From Octopus sinensis (Eukaryota): a stretch of 64,000 bases of DNA. Position 1 is the stretch's first letter. Each line of letters opens with the position of its first letter. The notes beneath the pieces are model-generated. The model had not been told where the DNA came from and did no database searches. It saw only the letters and a program-made list of their open reading frames with translations. Positions 37,901 to 50,945 of this stretch are shown one piece after another. The DNA lies in assembly GCF_006345805.1 (NCBI RefSeq), contig NC_043020.1, positions 1,364,001 to 1,428,000 on the forward strand, in the 5' to 3' direction. A program made the translations under genes and the position numbers.

Positions 37901-40239
37901 CATACACACATAGAGAGAGAGCAAGAGAGAGAGAGAGAGCAAGAGAGAGTGAGCGAGGGAGGGAGAGTGACAGAGTGAGACAGAGGGATAAAGAGCGAGA
38001 GAGTGAGAGTAAATGCTAAGTTATGAGAGATGTTCTGAAGGAAGGGTCATTGTGATTTTTGCTTTTTTTGGAAAGTGATATTTGAAGAATGTTTTTTGTC
38101 TTTCACAAGGTTAGGACAGGTAAAGGGTGATGTGTGTGTGTGTGTGTGTGTATACACACACAAGCACAGACAATCTAAACACACACACAAAACTAAATGA
38201 AAATGAGAAAGTAAGAGCAAGGGAGAGGAAGTAACCCGAAGAAGGTGGGACGGGGGGGCGGGAGAGGTTGGAATAATTCTGGTTAATGTCTCAAAGACTC
38301 CCACAAGTATCATTGATTGTGCAGTAGTACCAAGCAGCCTGAGATCTGCTATGTCAGTAGAAGTGATGCCAAGTTACGTAACTGTACCATTATAGAGGCA
38401 CAGGTAGAGGTGTTTGGCAGCGTCTGCAGGAATGGTAAACTTCTTAGCTAAAGATATCAGCAAAAACTTAGCAGAGACTCCAAATACCCATCAAATACAC
38501 ACACACACACGTCAGAGCATCTAAATATACACATACACCTAACTATAGCATACATCATGTATACACACACACACACACACACTGCAACAACACCTAAATA
38601 CACACGCACACATACACATGCAATAAGATTCAATTATACACACACACACACATGAAAGCAACAACACCTGAATATGCATACACACACACACACACACACT
38701 ACAACAATCATCAGTTACACATACACACACTAACTATATAGCATACTCCATGCAACACACACACAACTCCCAAATATATACACACAAGACTACAGCCCTA
38801 TTCAGATATATATACATACACTAACAACATACACCATGCATACACACACACACACACACAGCATGCATCAAATATACACACACACAGATAACAGCATACA
38901 CAAACACACAGACACACACACATAAGCATGCACACACACACACAGCATACACCAAATGTACACACACACACACATAACAGCATACACAAACATGCAGACA
39001 CACACACACATAAGCACACACACACACTAATTAGGCTATACATCAAAGACTCAGACTATAGCATACAACAAACCTACACACACACACACTACATAAACAC
39101 ATATCCAGCGCACCACATACACACACCCTAAATTAGCAGCAGCACTCATTAATACTGGTCGAATTTGACCACTAATTAGATTAACGATTTCTTATATAAA
39201 TACGAAAGATGAAACATTGAGGCAACAGAGAAACAGGATTTGTTGTGAAGTTCGTTTATAAAGATCCGTCCCAAGGACAATAATGACCCTAGCCCATTGC
39301 TCCAGCTGGGAACTGAAGCTTTATAAACAATTTCTCGTTAGCCAAAACGAACAACAATATGAATTCTTTATACTGTTGTTTTCATTTATGTTTACTTGTT
39401 TTTAGTTTAGCTTTCTTTTATTATCATCATGTTGATGGTGATGGTAGTGGTGGTAGTGGTGGTAGTGATGATGATTGTGATAATGGTAAAATCAGAGGCA
39501 GAGAAGCAGTTCAAGAGTTACAGCAGAGGGTAAAAGAGATTCTTGCTCAAGGGCATTACTGATGTAATCATAGTAAAGCTGTTGATTAGTTACCAGATGA
39601 ACGATAATTAGCCACACTAATATTGGTTTCAAGTTTTGGCACAAGGCCAGCAATTTCGGGAGAAGAGGTAAGCCGATTACATTGCCCCAAGTACACAACT
39701 GGTACGAATTTTAATGACCCTGAAAGGATGAAATACTAAGTTGACCTTGGTGGAATTTGAACTCAGAACATAAAGATAAGACAAAATATTGCTAAATATT
39801 TTGCCCACATGGTAATGATTCTGACAGCTCACCACCTTAACAACAACAATAGTAATCCTTTCTACTATGGGTACAAGGCCTGAAATTTGAGGGGAAGGGG
39901 GTTAGTCGATTACATCGACCCCAGTGTTCAACTGGTACTTGTTTTATTGATGTGAAAAGGATGAAAGGCAAAGCCAACCTTGGCAGAATTTGAACTCAGA
40001 ATGTGAAGACGGACGAAATACCCCTAAACATTTCTGCCAGTGTGCCACCCTTGATGATGATAATGGCTTCAAATTTTGCCACAAGGGCAGCAGTTTTTGG
40101 CAGGAGGGGATGAGTCGATTACATCAACCCCACCAGTGTTCAACTGGTACTTATTTTATCGACACTGAAAAGATGGAAGGAGTTTGAACTCAGAACATAG
40201 CGACAGGTGAGATACTGCTAAGCATTTCGTCCACCACAC

Positions 40240-40660
40240 TGCGTCCATCAATTGTCTGTATCTGCTCAAGTCAACCCTGTGAGCAGTGTCCCAATCAATC
40301 CCTGCCTCTGCAAGATTCTTTCTCATATGCTGTGACCATATGACATGTGGCCACCCAACATGAGCCATCACCCTAGCTGGATTCTCAGAGAAGAGAACAC
40401 AATACACCGGATCCCAACATGACCAAACAGCCTAAGCTGAAGAACCATGAAAGAAACAGAACACAAAGTTTGTGAGTTGTTGATTGGATACAAAATCCAG
40501 TCAATGGTAATCCATAATCCTGTGAAATGTCCTGGTACCAAAGAAGTTCAGGTGGCTCCTAAGGTCTCTGGACAGTGTCCATGTCCAAGTCTCACAACTA
40601 AAGAACAAGACTAAGTCAGATATGAGGGCATCCACTAAATGATTTAACATTTTACATACC
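40240..40660 (-). mobile_element. RTE-clade LINE relic
   Basis: Degenerate translation LFFSCETWTWTLSRDLRSHLNFFGTRTFHRIMDYH*...QLRLFGHVG...GWPHVIWSQHMRKNL matches RTE motifs LLYGCETW / RQLRLFGHV. Confidence 0.7.
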
Positions 40661-40889
40661 TCCATAGTTCAGTACATCATCATTTTCGTTTTAGCATCCA
40701 CATCAATCAGATAATTCAATGAGGCAGATTTTCTATGGCAGAGCGAAAGAGACTGATAGAATAAGTACTAGGCTTACAAAGAATAAGTCCTTGGGCCGAT
40801 TTGTTCGAATAAAGGTAGTGCTCCAGCATGTCCACAGTCAAATGACAAAAGCAAGAATATATATTGTGGTACCAGTGCCTGTGGCACAC

Positions 40890-41632
40890 AAGAAATCCAT
40901 CAGTGCTGTAGTCAGTGCTGTGGGCACATGACAAACACCATCCGATCGTGGCCGTTCGCCAGCCTCATCTAGCACCTGTGTCGGTGGCACATAAAAACAC
41001 CATCCGAAGACCCGGCAAGACTAGTCAGGCCATAACCCATGGCCCCTACCTGGGACGTAGTCAGTCCACCTGTGCATACCTTCCTTCTTGTGACACTTGT
41101 GAAGACCTGTTGAGGCAAGTGAAAATCAAAACAAATCAAAATAGATGAACATCAATGGAATTTGTATCTTTGTGGTACCAGTGCCGGTGGCACGTGACAC
41201 ACAAGAAAACCATCCGAACATGGCCGTAGCCAGTACCGCATCGACTGGCCTCCGTGCTGTGGGCACGTAACAAGCACCATCCGATCGTGGCCGTTTGCCA
41301 GCCTCATCTGGCACCTGTGTCGGTGGCACATAAAAACACCATCCGAGCGTGGCCGTCTGCCAGCCTCGTCTGGCACCTGTGTCGGTGGCACATAAAAACA
41401 CCATCCGAGCGTGGCCGTTTGCCAGCCTCGTCTGGCACCTGTGTCGGTGGCACATAAAATCACCCACTACACTCTCGGAGTGGTTGGCGTTAGGAAGGGC
41501 ATCCAGCTGTAGAAACACTGCCAGATCTGACTGGACTGGTGCAGCTTTCGGGCTCCCCAGACCCCAGTTGAACCGTCCAACCCATGCTAGCATGGAAAGC
41601 GGACGTTAAATGATGATGATGATGATGATGAT
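40890..41632 (+). mobile_element. Retroposon family C copy with ~62-bp tandem units and (TGA)n tail
   Basis: CCATCCGA-containing units at ~41210, 41278, 41338 and 41401, then GGCGTTAGGAAGGGCATCCAGCTG and GGACGTTAAA(TGA)n. Confidence 0.8.
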
Positions 41633-42384
41633 AATATATATATATATAACGTGCCCCCTTTAGTGTCTGTCATCCAAATCCAATCACAAGGATTTGGTCA
41701 ACCCAGAGCCATGCAACACCTGCCCAAGGTGAGATAGAACTTGAAACCACATGCTTAGGAAGCAAACTTCAAACATACGGCCGTGCCTGTATCTAGAGCA
41801 AGTGGTTAATGCTATTTGATTATATCCTTGCACAATCACTGAAATTGATTAATTAGCCAATAGATGAGGATTAAACTGGATTAGAATTAGGAAGAGGAAA
41901 GCACTATCTTTTTCTGCAAAACTCATCATTTTTACATTTGACCCCAATCCAGAATGACAAAAGGCAAAAAAGACTCCAACAGAATTTGAACTTGGAATGT
42001 ATTGGGACACAACTGCCATTTTCATCATTTACATCCACTTTTTCACACTAGAATGGACCGGATGAACTATCACAAACAAAGTCACTTCTTATTCAAAGTT
42101 ACCACTTCAAGTCTATTGCTGGTTGCCGTTCCTATTAGCAACCATCTGACATAGTGTCTTGGGTGTATTTTATCCTGGCACCAACACTGGAGACGTTGCC
42201 ATATCCACAGCAATCCTAAAGAGTTCACTCTAACCTACATTGTATCTCGTTTCCATTTACTCACCATCAACACCAGAGGGTTGTTATGACACCAACAGAT
42301 AGGAGTAAAAGAATAAGAGAGGAGAGAGGGAAATAGAAGAGAGACTACAGCAGAGGCAGAGAGAGAGAGAGGAGAGAGAGAGAG

Positions 42385-42505
42385 AGCAATAGGGGAGAGG
42401 CTAGAGTAGGAGAAAGAGAGAGAGAGAAAGAGCAATAGGGGAGAGGCTAGAGTAGGAGAAAGAGAGAGAGAAAGAGCAATAGGGGAGAGGCTAGAGTAGG
42501 TGAAA
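42385..42505. repeat. Minisatellite, three copies of a ~45-bp purine-rich unit
   Basis: GAGCAATAGGGGAGAGGCTAGAGTAGG(A/T)GAAAG repeated three times. Confidence 0.9.
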
Positions 42506-43321
42506 GCGAGATTGGTCGACAGTTCATAAAAACAAATGGTTCATTAATAGCTTAATCAGGCTGCTAGATGTTGGATTTCTGGCATGTTGGCTTCTGTCCC
42601 ACTTCAATTCATTTTCCAATAACACAAGAGATAAGCTTAATTAAGGATTATCTAACACCTGCATCAGATAGGCAAGCAGTATTGAACTGTGTATTTGTGT
42701 GTGTATGCACATGTGTGCGCATTATCGTTTAAAGCATGTTTTCTATGTTAGCACTGGTCGGATGACTTGACAGGATCTGGAGAGCTTCGAGTCGACACCG
42801 ATTTCCAATGTCAGCTTAACCATGGATTCTACAGCTGGATGCCCTTCCTGATGCCCACCACTCTAAAGTGGGTGGCATTGAGAAACATACACAGTGCGGT
42901 ACTCAATCTATGATTGATTCTCTAAATGCGTAAACTGATTAATGAATGGGTTAGGGTTAGGGTTTAAGAAACTGCCACCCGGTAGAGTCAATAAACTGCC
43001 ACACAATTGGACAAATAGGCATAAGCTACATGATAAAGTGAAAGTAGAAAAACATTACACAACAGAATCGTGTCACATTATTTGGATGAATAAAAAGAGA
43101 CAATTAAAATACAATGTGTTGTGTCGAGTCAACTGTGGATGTTCATAGACCATGTCCACATTTAATTGGCTGGAAGAGCTTAAACGAGCAATTTGTTAAT
43201 GTCGCTTTTCAATCAGCTTTTGAATTTTTATATATTATAGAGAAAAATAGAGAAAAAAATGTGTGCTTTTTGTGGCGGGAAGAAAACCTACCACGGATCA
43301 ACAAAAGAAGTTAGAAATTGA

Positions 43322-43335
43322 GTTACCATGGAAAC
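43322..43335. promoter_or_regulatory. RFX X-box-like motif
   Basis: GTTACCATGGAAAC matches GTTNCCATGGNAAC and lies in apparently non-repetitive sequence. Sequence match only. Confidence 0.35.
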
Positions 43336-43746
43336 TATGAAGTTTCATAATTTGAAACTTAAGATTGTTGCTTTTCGCAAATACTGAACCAAGGTAGAAC
43401 ACTTTATTATGTCAAACACTGGTATAATAACCTATCCTGCTAGTGCTAAGTAACTGATAGATTATCATGAGGAGGAAAATGGCTGTGTGGTAAGTAGCTT
43501 GCTTACCAACCACATGGTTGCGGGTTCAGTCCCACTGCGTGGCACCTTGGGCAAGTGTCTTCTACTATAGTCTCGGGTCGACCAAAGAGTTGAATGGATT
43601 TGGTAGACGGAAACTGAAAGAAGCCCATCGTATATATGTATATATATATATGTGTGTGTGTGTGTGTATGTTCGTGTGTCTGTCCTCCCAACATCGCTTG
43701 ACAACCAATGCTGGTGTTTACATCCCTGTAATAATATCTATATATA

Positions 43747-43812
<66 letters not shown>

Positions 43813-44103
43813 CTGTATGTATGAGGTTAAAAGAGAGCAACAGAGGTAGGGGAGTGGGCAAAGAGAGAGATATGATGAAGGAGTGAGAAAGTGAATGAGT
43901 TGATATAATATAATGGACACACAGACAGGCATATAGCACTGTGGTCTTTTGTTTTCCTTCTGTCCATTTAGTCAGACTGAGCTTATAATTAATTGTTATC
44001 AACTGATAACATTGTTAGAAACTAACAAACAAACACACACACACGTATACAGCTAATGTAGGAACATGTACAAACACATACTGAGATACATGTGTGGTGT
44101 GTG

Positions 44104-44148
<45 letters not shown>

Positions 44149-44835
44149 AGTCAAGTACATCAAAATCAAAATAAAAATCGAATGGAAATCACAGTTGTAA
44201 TACCTGTGCTGGTGGCACGGAAAAAGCACCATCTGAATATGGCCAATGCCAGCGCCGCCTTGACTGGCTTCTGTACTGGTGGCACGTAAAAAGCACCAAC
44301 CGATTGTGACCACTGCCAGCCTCCCCTGGCACCTGTGCCAGTGGCACGTAAAAAGCACCCACTACATTCACGGAGTGGTTGGCGTTAGGAAAGGCATCCA
44401 GCTGTAGAAACACTGCCAGATCAGACTGGAGCCTGGTGCAGCGTCCTGGCTTCCTAGACCTTCCAACCCATGCTAGCATGGAAAACGGATGTTAAACGAT
44501 GATGATGATCATCATGAGGTATATTTTCCACCTAAATGTGGCTGATCCCTAAGGGTCAATGCTACTGTAGCTTGCAGCCCCAGGAAGACATCTCCTCCAG
44601 CTGGCTATTGACATGCTATCTGTGCCCTAACAGTATTTGCAAAGAGAAGTCCTTGTTCCCATCTCCAGCCTGGCGTGATACACACAGACTTGAGTTTCTG
44701 GGTATTGACCCGTCATCAGCATGTGACAACCACCAGTTGGTGATGGGAAGTGGTTCTCAATGCGAATATATATATAAACTTTTTCCAGTGATGAAAAGTC
44801 ACTGATCTCGAAAAAGTGGAAACAAGCAATAATAC

Positions 44836-44911
44836 ATCTCTGAGTGAGTTATAAACAGTAGCTGCACGACACTGTGGTCATGCAGCTACTGTTTATAACT
44901 CGCTCAGAGAT
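44836..44911. repeat. Near-perfect hairpin: 31-bp arms, 14-nt loop
   Basis: ATCTCTGAGTGAGTTATAAACAGTAGCTGCA / TGCAGCTACTGTTTATAACTCGCTCAGAGAT; one mismatch, which is a G:U pair on the plus-strand RNA. Confidence 0.92.
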
Positions 44912-45617
44912 TTATTATTATATATATACATAGACACACACACAGGCAAACCTCACCCTATGTCCTAAATTGGTTCCAGGAGACACGACTTAAGTCGAAT
45001 TAACTTGTCTCTAGGCTAGGTTAGACCGAATTTACTCATCTCCAGGTTAAACCAATAATAACTATTCCCAGTTCTGATGATGATGAATGTTTGTTTACAA
45101 ATATCACACAAAGACCAAGAAAAGAACACACGCACACACATATGAAAGGCTTCTGAGAGTTCAATAATGTGATTGTTACATCTTTGGAATGACATTGTAG
45201 GGTAGGTGTGAGAGATCAGTTCTGGCTGGTTTGAACATATTTGGGTCAGGTGTGGCCAGTTTAAATGCTAAAGGGTTAAAGAGTGAATCCCTATAGAAAA
45301 TTCAGAGGGGATCCAAAGAAAGATATGCATGGTTATACTTAATCTATATCTGGCAGCCACTGTGACTTCATGGATGCTGTGAATGCACAGACTCATCTTT
45401 CTTTTGTGGTGTGCCCACGAGTGGAAAGGCGGTAAGCATACTTGAGGTTAGACACTTGTGCTGGAAACAGTATAGGCACAGCAGAAGTTCCAAGTTACTG
45501 TCTCTGCAATACCATAAACCAATGACAACAAAAAAAAAACCCAACCAATAAATACGAGGAAGGTTGGGTACAGCTGCTTTTAAATATTTGAGCAACTGTC
45601 AATAGAAAAAATACATA

Positions 45618-46140
45618 TTGGGTTGTCCGGAAAGTTTGTGCCAATTTATAGTAGCTTACCTTTCGACTTATTTTAGAACATGGTTGAGTCCATAAAATAG
45701 GATTTGACTACACCTCCATTTAGAGCACAGTTTAAGCTATCTTTTCATGGAATAAGGTTTATGTTCCTATAACCTGTGTTAATTCTGTAACCCTTTAAAA
45801 TGGAAGATAAGAAAGTTCATTTTCGGCACTTGATGCTTTGGGAACCAGACAAAAATTGCTGCAGCTCGGCTGGGATGTATTACCCATTACCCCAGCCTCC
45901 ATATCCACCAGGTATTGCTTCTTCGGGTTTCCACTTATTCAGGCCTCTGCAGAATAGTCTTAATGGTAAAAATTTCAATTCCTTAGATGACGTAAGAAGA
46001 TACCTTGATGAATTCTTGGCCATGAAACCACCTCAATTCTGGGAAGAGGGTATTTTCAAGTAAAAGGAAAGATGGATACACATTGTGCAACAAAATGGTT
46101 CATATTTGGTTGGTTAAAAATCTAATGGTAAGTATTTATT
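45618..46140 (+). mobile_element. Internally deleted mariner transposon relic
   Basis: TA|TTGGGTTG 5' end. The N-terminus MEDKKVHFRHLMLW is joined to C-terminal ...KLLQLGWDVLPH..PPYPPGIASSGFHLFRPLQNSLNGKNFNSLDDVRRYLDEF...FWEEGIFK (degenerate YSPDLAPSD.HLF motif). No 3' TIR was seen. Confidence 0.85.
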
Positions 46141-46175
46141 GACCTTTTTTTAATGGGGGTGAGATAACCAAAAAG

Positions 46176-46590
46176 GAATCTTTTCGGTTTGAACGGCAAT
46201 TTTTTCTAGCGGTGTCATATGAAATTGTCACCCATAATTATGATCCTAGTATCGATCTATTGCATTTCAATCTGTTTTAGGGTTAGGGGTGGGGGGAAGG
46301 GTATCTTTTTTTCTTCACAAATGTAAATAAACCCAATCTGTTTCTTAAACGAGGGACATATTCATACGGCACAGACTGTTTTTTTTACCACAATAGACGT
46401 CATTGATTGGTTGAAATTGCAGAAATTGAAGAAAAAACAGCAACAAATATCTTACAAACTACAGAATTTTCTCAATAAAGCCAAGAGAAAAAAATGTTTT
46501 ATAAACACATTCTACCAGTATACGAAGTTTAAAAGTGTTTAGTTACGTGGAAATTATTTTTAAAAACTGCCGGTCAAACCGAAAAGATCC
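46176..46590 (-). mobile_element. Second copy, inverted, of the 21407-21805 MITE
   Basis: Reverse complement over ~400 bp with the same TIR asymmetry (GAATC / GATCC). No TSD is apparent. A third fragment lies at ~49950-50051. Confidence 0.85.
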
Positions 46591-47113
46591 ACTAGGTCTA
46601 AAATTGACCGTAGCAAAACTTGCGTTGCATATTTTAAAACTAAATTATGTTGTAGTTAATATCCGTTTTCCTTTTGTTTGTTTGTTTTTTTTATCCTTAG
46701 TCATTTGAAGCTAGTGATATTGGGTTATGTGTACGAATGGTAATGACAGCTTGTACTGTAAGTGACAACGAACGGCGGTTTTGCTGTCTCCCGGCAAATG
46801 AGGTTTACACACGTGGTGCCGAGTCACGAGAGAGAGTGAGTGAGTTACAAGAGTATGAGAGAGGGAAAGTGACAAAGACAGAGAGAAAGAGAGGAGAGAA
46901 CACGAAAACTATGAAAGGATGGGGGCAGAAAGAAAGAGACAACGGGAAAAGATATTTGGGTGACAGAATCGTTAGACTGTCCGACAAAATGCCTCGCAGG
47001 ATTTTCGATGTGGTCCTTTGTATTTTGAGTTCAAAGCTTGCCGAGGTCGTTGCTCAGCTTTGCCTTTTATTCTATCGATGTTGGCAAAATAAAGAACTGG
47101 AAAGTAATTTACG

Positions 47114-47460
47114 GGAGGGAGGGAGGGAGGGCGGGCGGGAGGGAGGGAGGGAGGGAGGGCGGGCGGGCGGGAGGGAGGGAGGGCGGGCGGGAGGGAGGGA
47201 GGGCGGGCGGGAGGGAGGGAGGGAGGTCGGGCGGGAGGGATGGATGGATGGGTGGGTGGGTGGGTAGGTAGATAGACATAGATAGGTAGATAGATAGAGA
47301 TAGATAGATATAGATAGATAGATATAGATAGATAGATAGATAGATAGATAGAGACAGATAGATATAGATAGATAGATAGATAGATTGATAGACGGATAGA
47401 TAGATAGATAGAAAGATAGGTAGATAGATAGATAGGTAGACAGAGATAGAGATAGACAGA
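47114..47460. repeat. (GGGA/GGGC)n tract followed by a (GATA)n tract
   Basis: Direct reading; the G-run tract covers ~47114-47260. Confidence 0.93.
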
Positions 47461-47914
47461 CAGATCAAGAGAGAACTTGTCAGAGAGGTAAACAATTAGA
47501 GCCACATAGGCCAGAAGTCTGCAAACAATGCGTCGCGAGAACGTGTAGGATGTGAAATTATGTCAAATACGGTAAATTTTTTGCAGTATTTTAACTGTGA
47601 AGTATATTTAAAATCTGACAGACAGCTTCTACGTTACAGTTTAATACCTGGCTGGTGTTGACAAGCTATGTGCTATTTATTTAATTGCCAACAAAAACAA
47701 AAAAAAACTGAAGTAATAAATGTGTCACTGAAAAATTTATTTAAAAATAGAGTGTTGTCACTTCTGTGTATCGTATGGAGATCTTTGAAAAAAGACTAAC
47801 ATTCATACAAACATGTGAAGAATTAATATGATACAAAACACGGAGTAGGGAGAAACAGGGGATGATTCGTCTGTTCTCAATAAGTTAAAACTGCTGTTTA
47901 GGAAGTGTATACCT

Positions 47915-48315
47915 AAATACCTATTTCTTTACTACCCACAAGGGGCTAAACACAGAGAGGACAAACAAGGACAGACAAAGGGATTAAGTCGATTATATCG
48001 ACCCTAGTGCGTAACTGGTACTTAGTTTATCGACCCCAAAAGGATGAAAGGCAAAGTCGACCTTGGCGGAATTTGAACTCAGAACGTAGCAGCAGACGAA
48101 ATACCTATTTCTTTACTACCCACAAGGGGCTTAACACAGATAGGACAAACCAGGACAGACAAACGGATTAAGTCAATTACATCGATCCCAGTGCGTAACT
48201 GGTACTTATTTAATCGACCCCGAAAGGCAAAGTCGACCTCGGCCGAATTTGAACTCAGAACATAACGGCAGACGAAATACCACAAAGCATCGCCCGGCGT
48301 GCTAACGTTTCTGCC
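47915..48315 (-). mobile_element. Head-to-tail dimer of SINE family B
   Basis: Junction GACGAAATAC|CTATTTCTTTAC at 48104/48105, identical to the junctions in the 24.5-kb trimer. Confidence 0.88.
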
Positions 48316-48399
48316 TATTACCGGTCTCCACCACCAACTGTCAGGGGTTGAGGAGTTGCAGTGGTTATCAACTGGGGTCCACATTGGCCCTTGTTAAAA

Positions 48400-48712
48400 T
48401 TTATATGCAATAAATTGGGGATCTTTCCTGTTTGGCTGAATTGCTCATATTTCTTACAAAAAAATTCAAATCGGACCTGTTAACCCCAAAAATTATTTAC
48501 ATCAAAAAGGTGCTTTTTCTTTTGTATGAAAATCCCTATTTTTTTAACGATTTTTTTTACTGCTGTGTCGCCATTTTTCGGTGTATTTCAACCAGAAAAA
48601 ATGTTCACTTAAAGAGAATAATAAGCTACATAATGCAAAATTTTTACTTTTCAAAAATTCCAATTCTAAAGGGTCGAAACAAACCCGAGCAACCGCAGGG
48701 CGATACTGCTAG
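48400..48712 (+). mobile_element. Possible Helitron-like 3' end
   Basis: Ends ...AAACCCGAGCAACCGCAGGGCGATACTG-CTAG|T, a degenerate GC-rich subterminal hairpin plus CTAG-T. The 5' boundary is uncertain. Confidence 0.45.
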
Positions 48713-49076
48713 TAAGTTATATTTACATTAGCAAGTCCACCCCTCTCTCCACTGGCACCAGCTTCAAGTTCCCTAGCCACATGATTCCGAGTTCACATCC
48801 CACCGATCCCAACATTGATATTTAACCCTCCATCCTTCAACAAAACAAGGAGTGCTGCCACCAGATATGTATATGGTTTCAGTTCTAAGTTAAGAGTCGT
48901 TAAGTACCATATTTGATGACATATGACGCATCCCAAATATTAGAGAGAAAAAAAGTTTTTGAGTGTATTAAAGCATACAATATTATAGGCCCAAGTTCGT
49001 ACATAGGACCCAGAGTGATTTTTGGAAACTATTTTGAAAGAAAAAATGAGAAAAAAAAGCGTGTCTTATAATCTAG

Positions 49077-49472
49077 GAGTGGCTGTGTGGTAAGTAGCTT
49101 GCTTACCAACCGCACGGTTCCGGGTTCAGTCCCACTGCGTGGCACCTTGGGTAAGTGTCTTCTACTATAGCCTCGGGCCGACCAAAGCCTTGTGAGTGGA
49201 TTTGGTAGACGGAAACTGAAAGAAGCCCGTCGTATATATGTATATATGCGTGTGTGTGTTTGTGTGTCCGTGTTTGTCCCCTAGCATTGCTTGACAACCG
49301 ATGCTGATGTGTTTATGTCCCCGTCACTTAGCGGTTCGGCAAAAGAGGCCGATAGAGTAAGTACTAGGCTTACAAAAGAATAAGTCCCGGGGTCGAGTTG
49401 CTCAATTAAAGGCGGTGCTCCAGCATGGCCGCAGTCAAATGACTGAAACAAGTAAAAGAGTAAAAGAGAGTA
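49077..49472 (+). mobile_element. SINE family A copy, full length
   Basis: Complete head, short microsatellite and tail ending GAGTAAAAGAG repeats. Confidence 0.9.
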
Positions 49473-50064
49473 AGAGTATCAAATGCGGTAATTCTTTGAG
49501 AGATCAATGCACAAATCACCTGAAATCAAATCATTCGATTTCCATGGAAATATAATTACAACGCTTCCTAACATCGGTACAAGATCATATATTTTGGGAC
49601 GGGGGGAAAGTATAATCGCCTATTTAACTAACTAGTATTTTTTTATCGTCTCCCGGCTGAATTTGAACTCGTTTCGTAACCTAAACACTTCAAGACATTT
49701 TGGTCGACCGTTTTACGAATTCTACAATTTACCGCTGTCATATTATTAATTAAATTATAATACGAATTAAAAGAATGCCTCATGGAAAAATTAAAATCAG
49801 AAAAAAAACAAAAAAATTCAATGCCATGTTTCGAGTCTTTAGTTTAGCTTGACCTAGAAAGAAGCCTGGTTGTATGGTTAAGAAGTTCGTTTTGCAACCA
49901 CGTGGGTTCTGGTTCAGTCCCACAGGGCAGCACCTTTCACAAGTATCACACCCTAACCCTAACCCTAAAACAGATTAAAATGCAATAGATCGATATTAGG
50001 GTCATAATTATGGGTGACAATTTCATATGACACTACTAGAAAAAACTGCCGGTATACATAAATA

Positions 50065-50249
50065 TATATATTAGAAGAAATGAGGTAATCAGAAGATCGG
50101 ATGTTTATATTTACAGATATTTATTTATATATTACATTTTTTACATATATATCACATGATATATATATGTAAAAAATGTAATATATAAATAAATATCTGT
50201 AAATATAAACCATCCGATCTTCTGATTACCTCATTTCTTCTAATATATA
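50065..50249. repeat. 185-bp near-perfect palindrome
   Basis: Arms of ~90 bp (TATATATTAGAAGAAATGAGGTAATCAGAAGATCGGATG...) meet at a ~2-nt loop near 50155-56; only two small indels. Confidence 0.92.
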
Positions 50250-50296
50250 ATACCTATACATCATCTCCAAACCTTCCAATCAATCAATCAATCAAT

Positions 50297-50336
<40 letters not shown>

Positions 50337-50945
50337 TCTCTCACTTGTTGCCAAAATGAGAGGGTCAATACAATCCATATCTTTTTTTTTTTCTCAACCT
50401 AATTTTGGGTTTTAAGTTTTAATTAACCTGAAGAAAACAGGTTTTTTTTCGTGACGTAATCGGTTTATTCATCAATAAAAGAAAAAAAACACGTCTGAAA
50501 CAGCTGTAGCGAAGCTAGCACAGGTTACATATTATACAACTATATACATTTACATAGATTGGCTAAGAAGAACGAACGTGAATACAGCAGGGAGAAGTGA
50601 GTACTAGATACCTATGTATTCTTAGAATATGTCTTATCTCTTGTAGTACTCTTATATTCGAGCAGCTGGAATGGTCTACATCTACCACCAGCACCACCGC
50701 CGCCGTTATTCCTCAAAATCGTGGACTGACGATCACGTTAGGAATTATTATAATTATTATTATTAAAATATGTGAATCGATAGGATCTACTGTAACCTTC
50801 TAAGGCGGTGCCCCAGCATGGCCACAGTCCAGTGAGGCAAACCAGTAGAAAGATATGTTGTGCGTGTTAATAACGAAATTCCATCCACACAGCATCTGAG
50901 GATATCTCCTTGCAAACACAGATACACGTGCATGTGCGCGTGTAT

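Noticed and set aside
38270-38480. Non-repetitive stretch with a protein-like minus-strand translation (FGVSAKFLLISLAKKF...*LGITSTDIADLRLL...)
   Set aside because: It has an in-frame stop, no recognisable family motif and no clear splice sites, so it cannot be supported without a database search.
46737-47505. Overlapping 128-177-aa ORFs with GGRE/PPSL repeats
   Set aside because: Translations of (GGGA)n and (GATA)n repeats.
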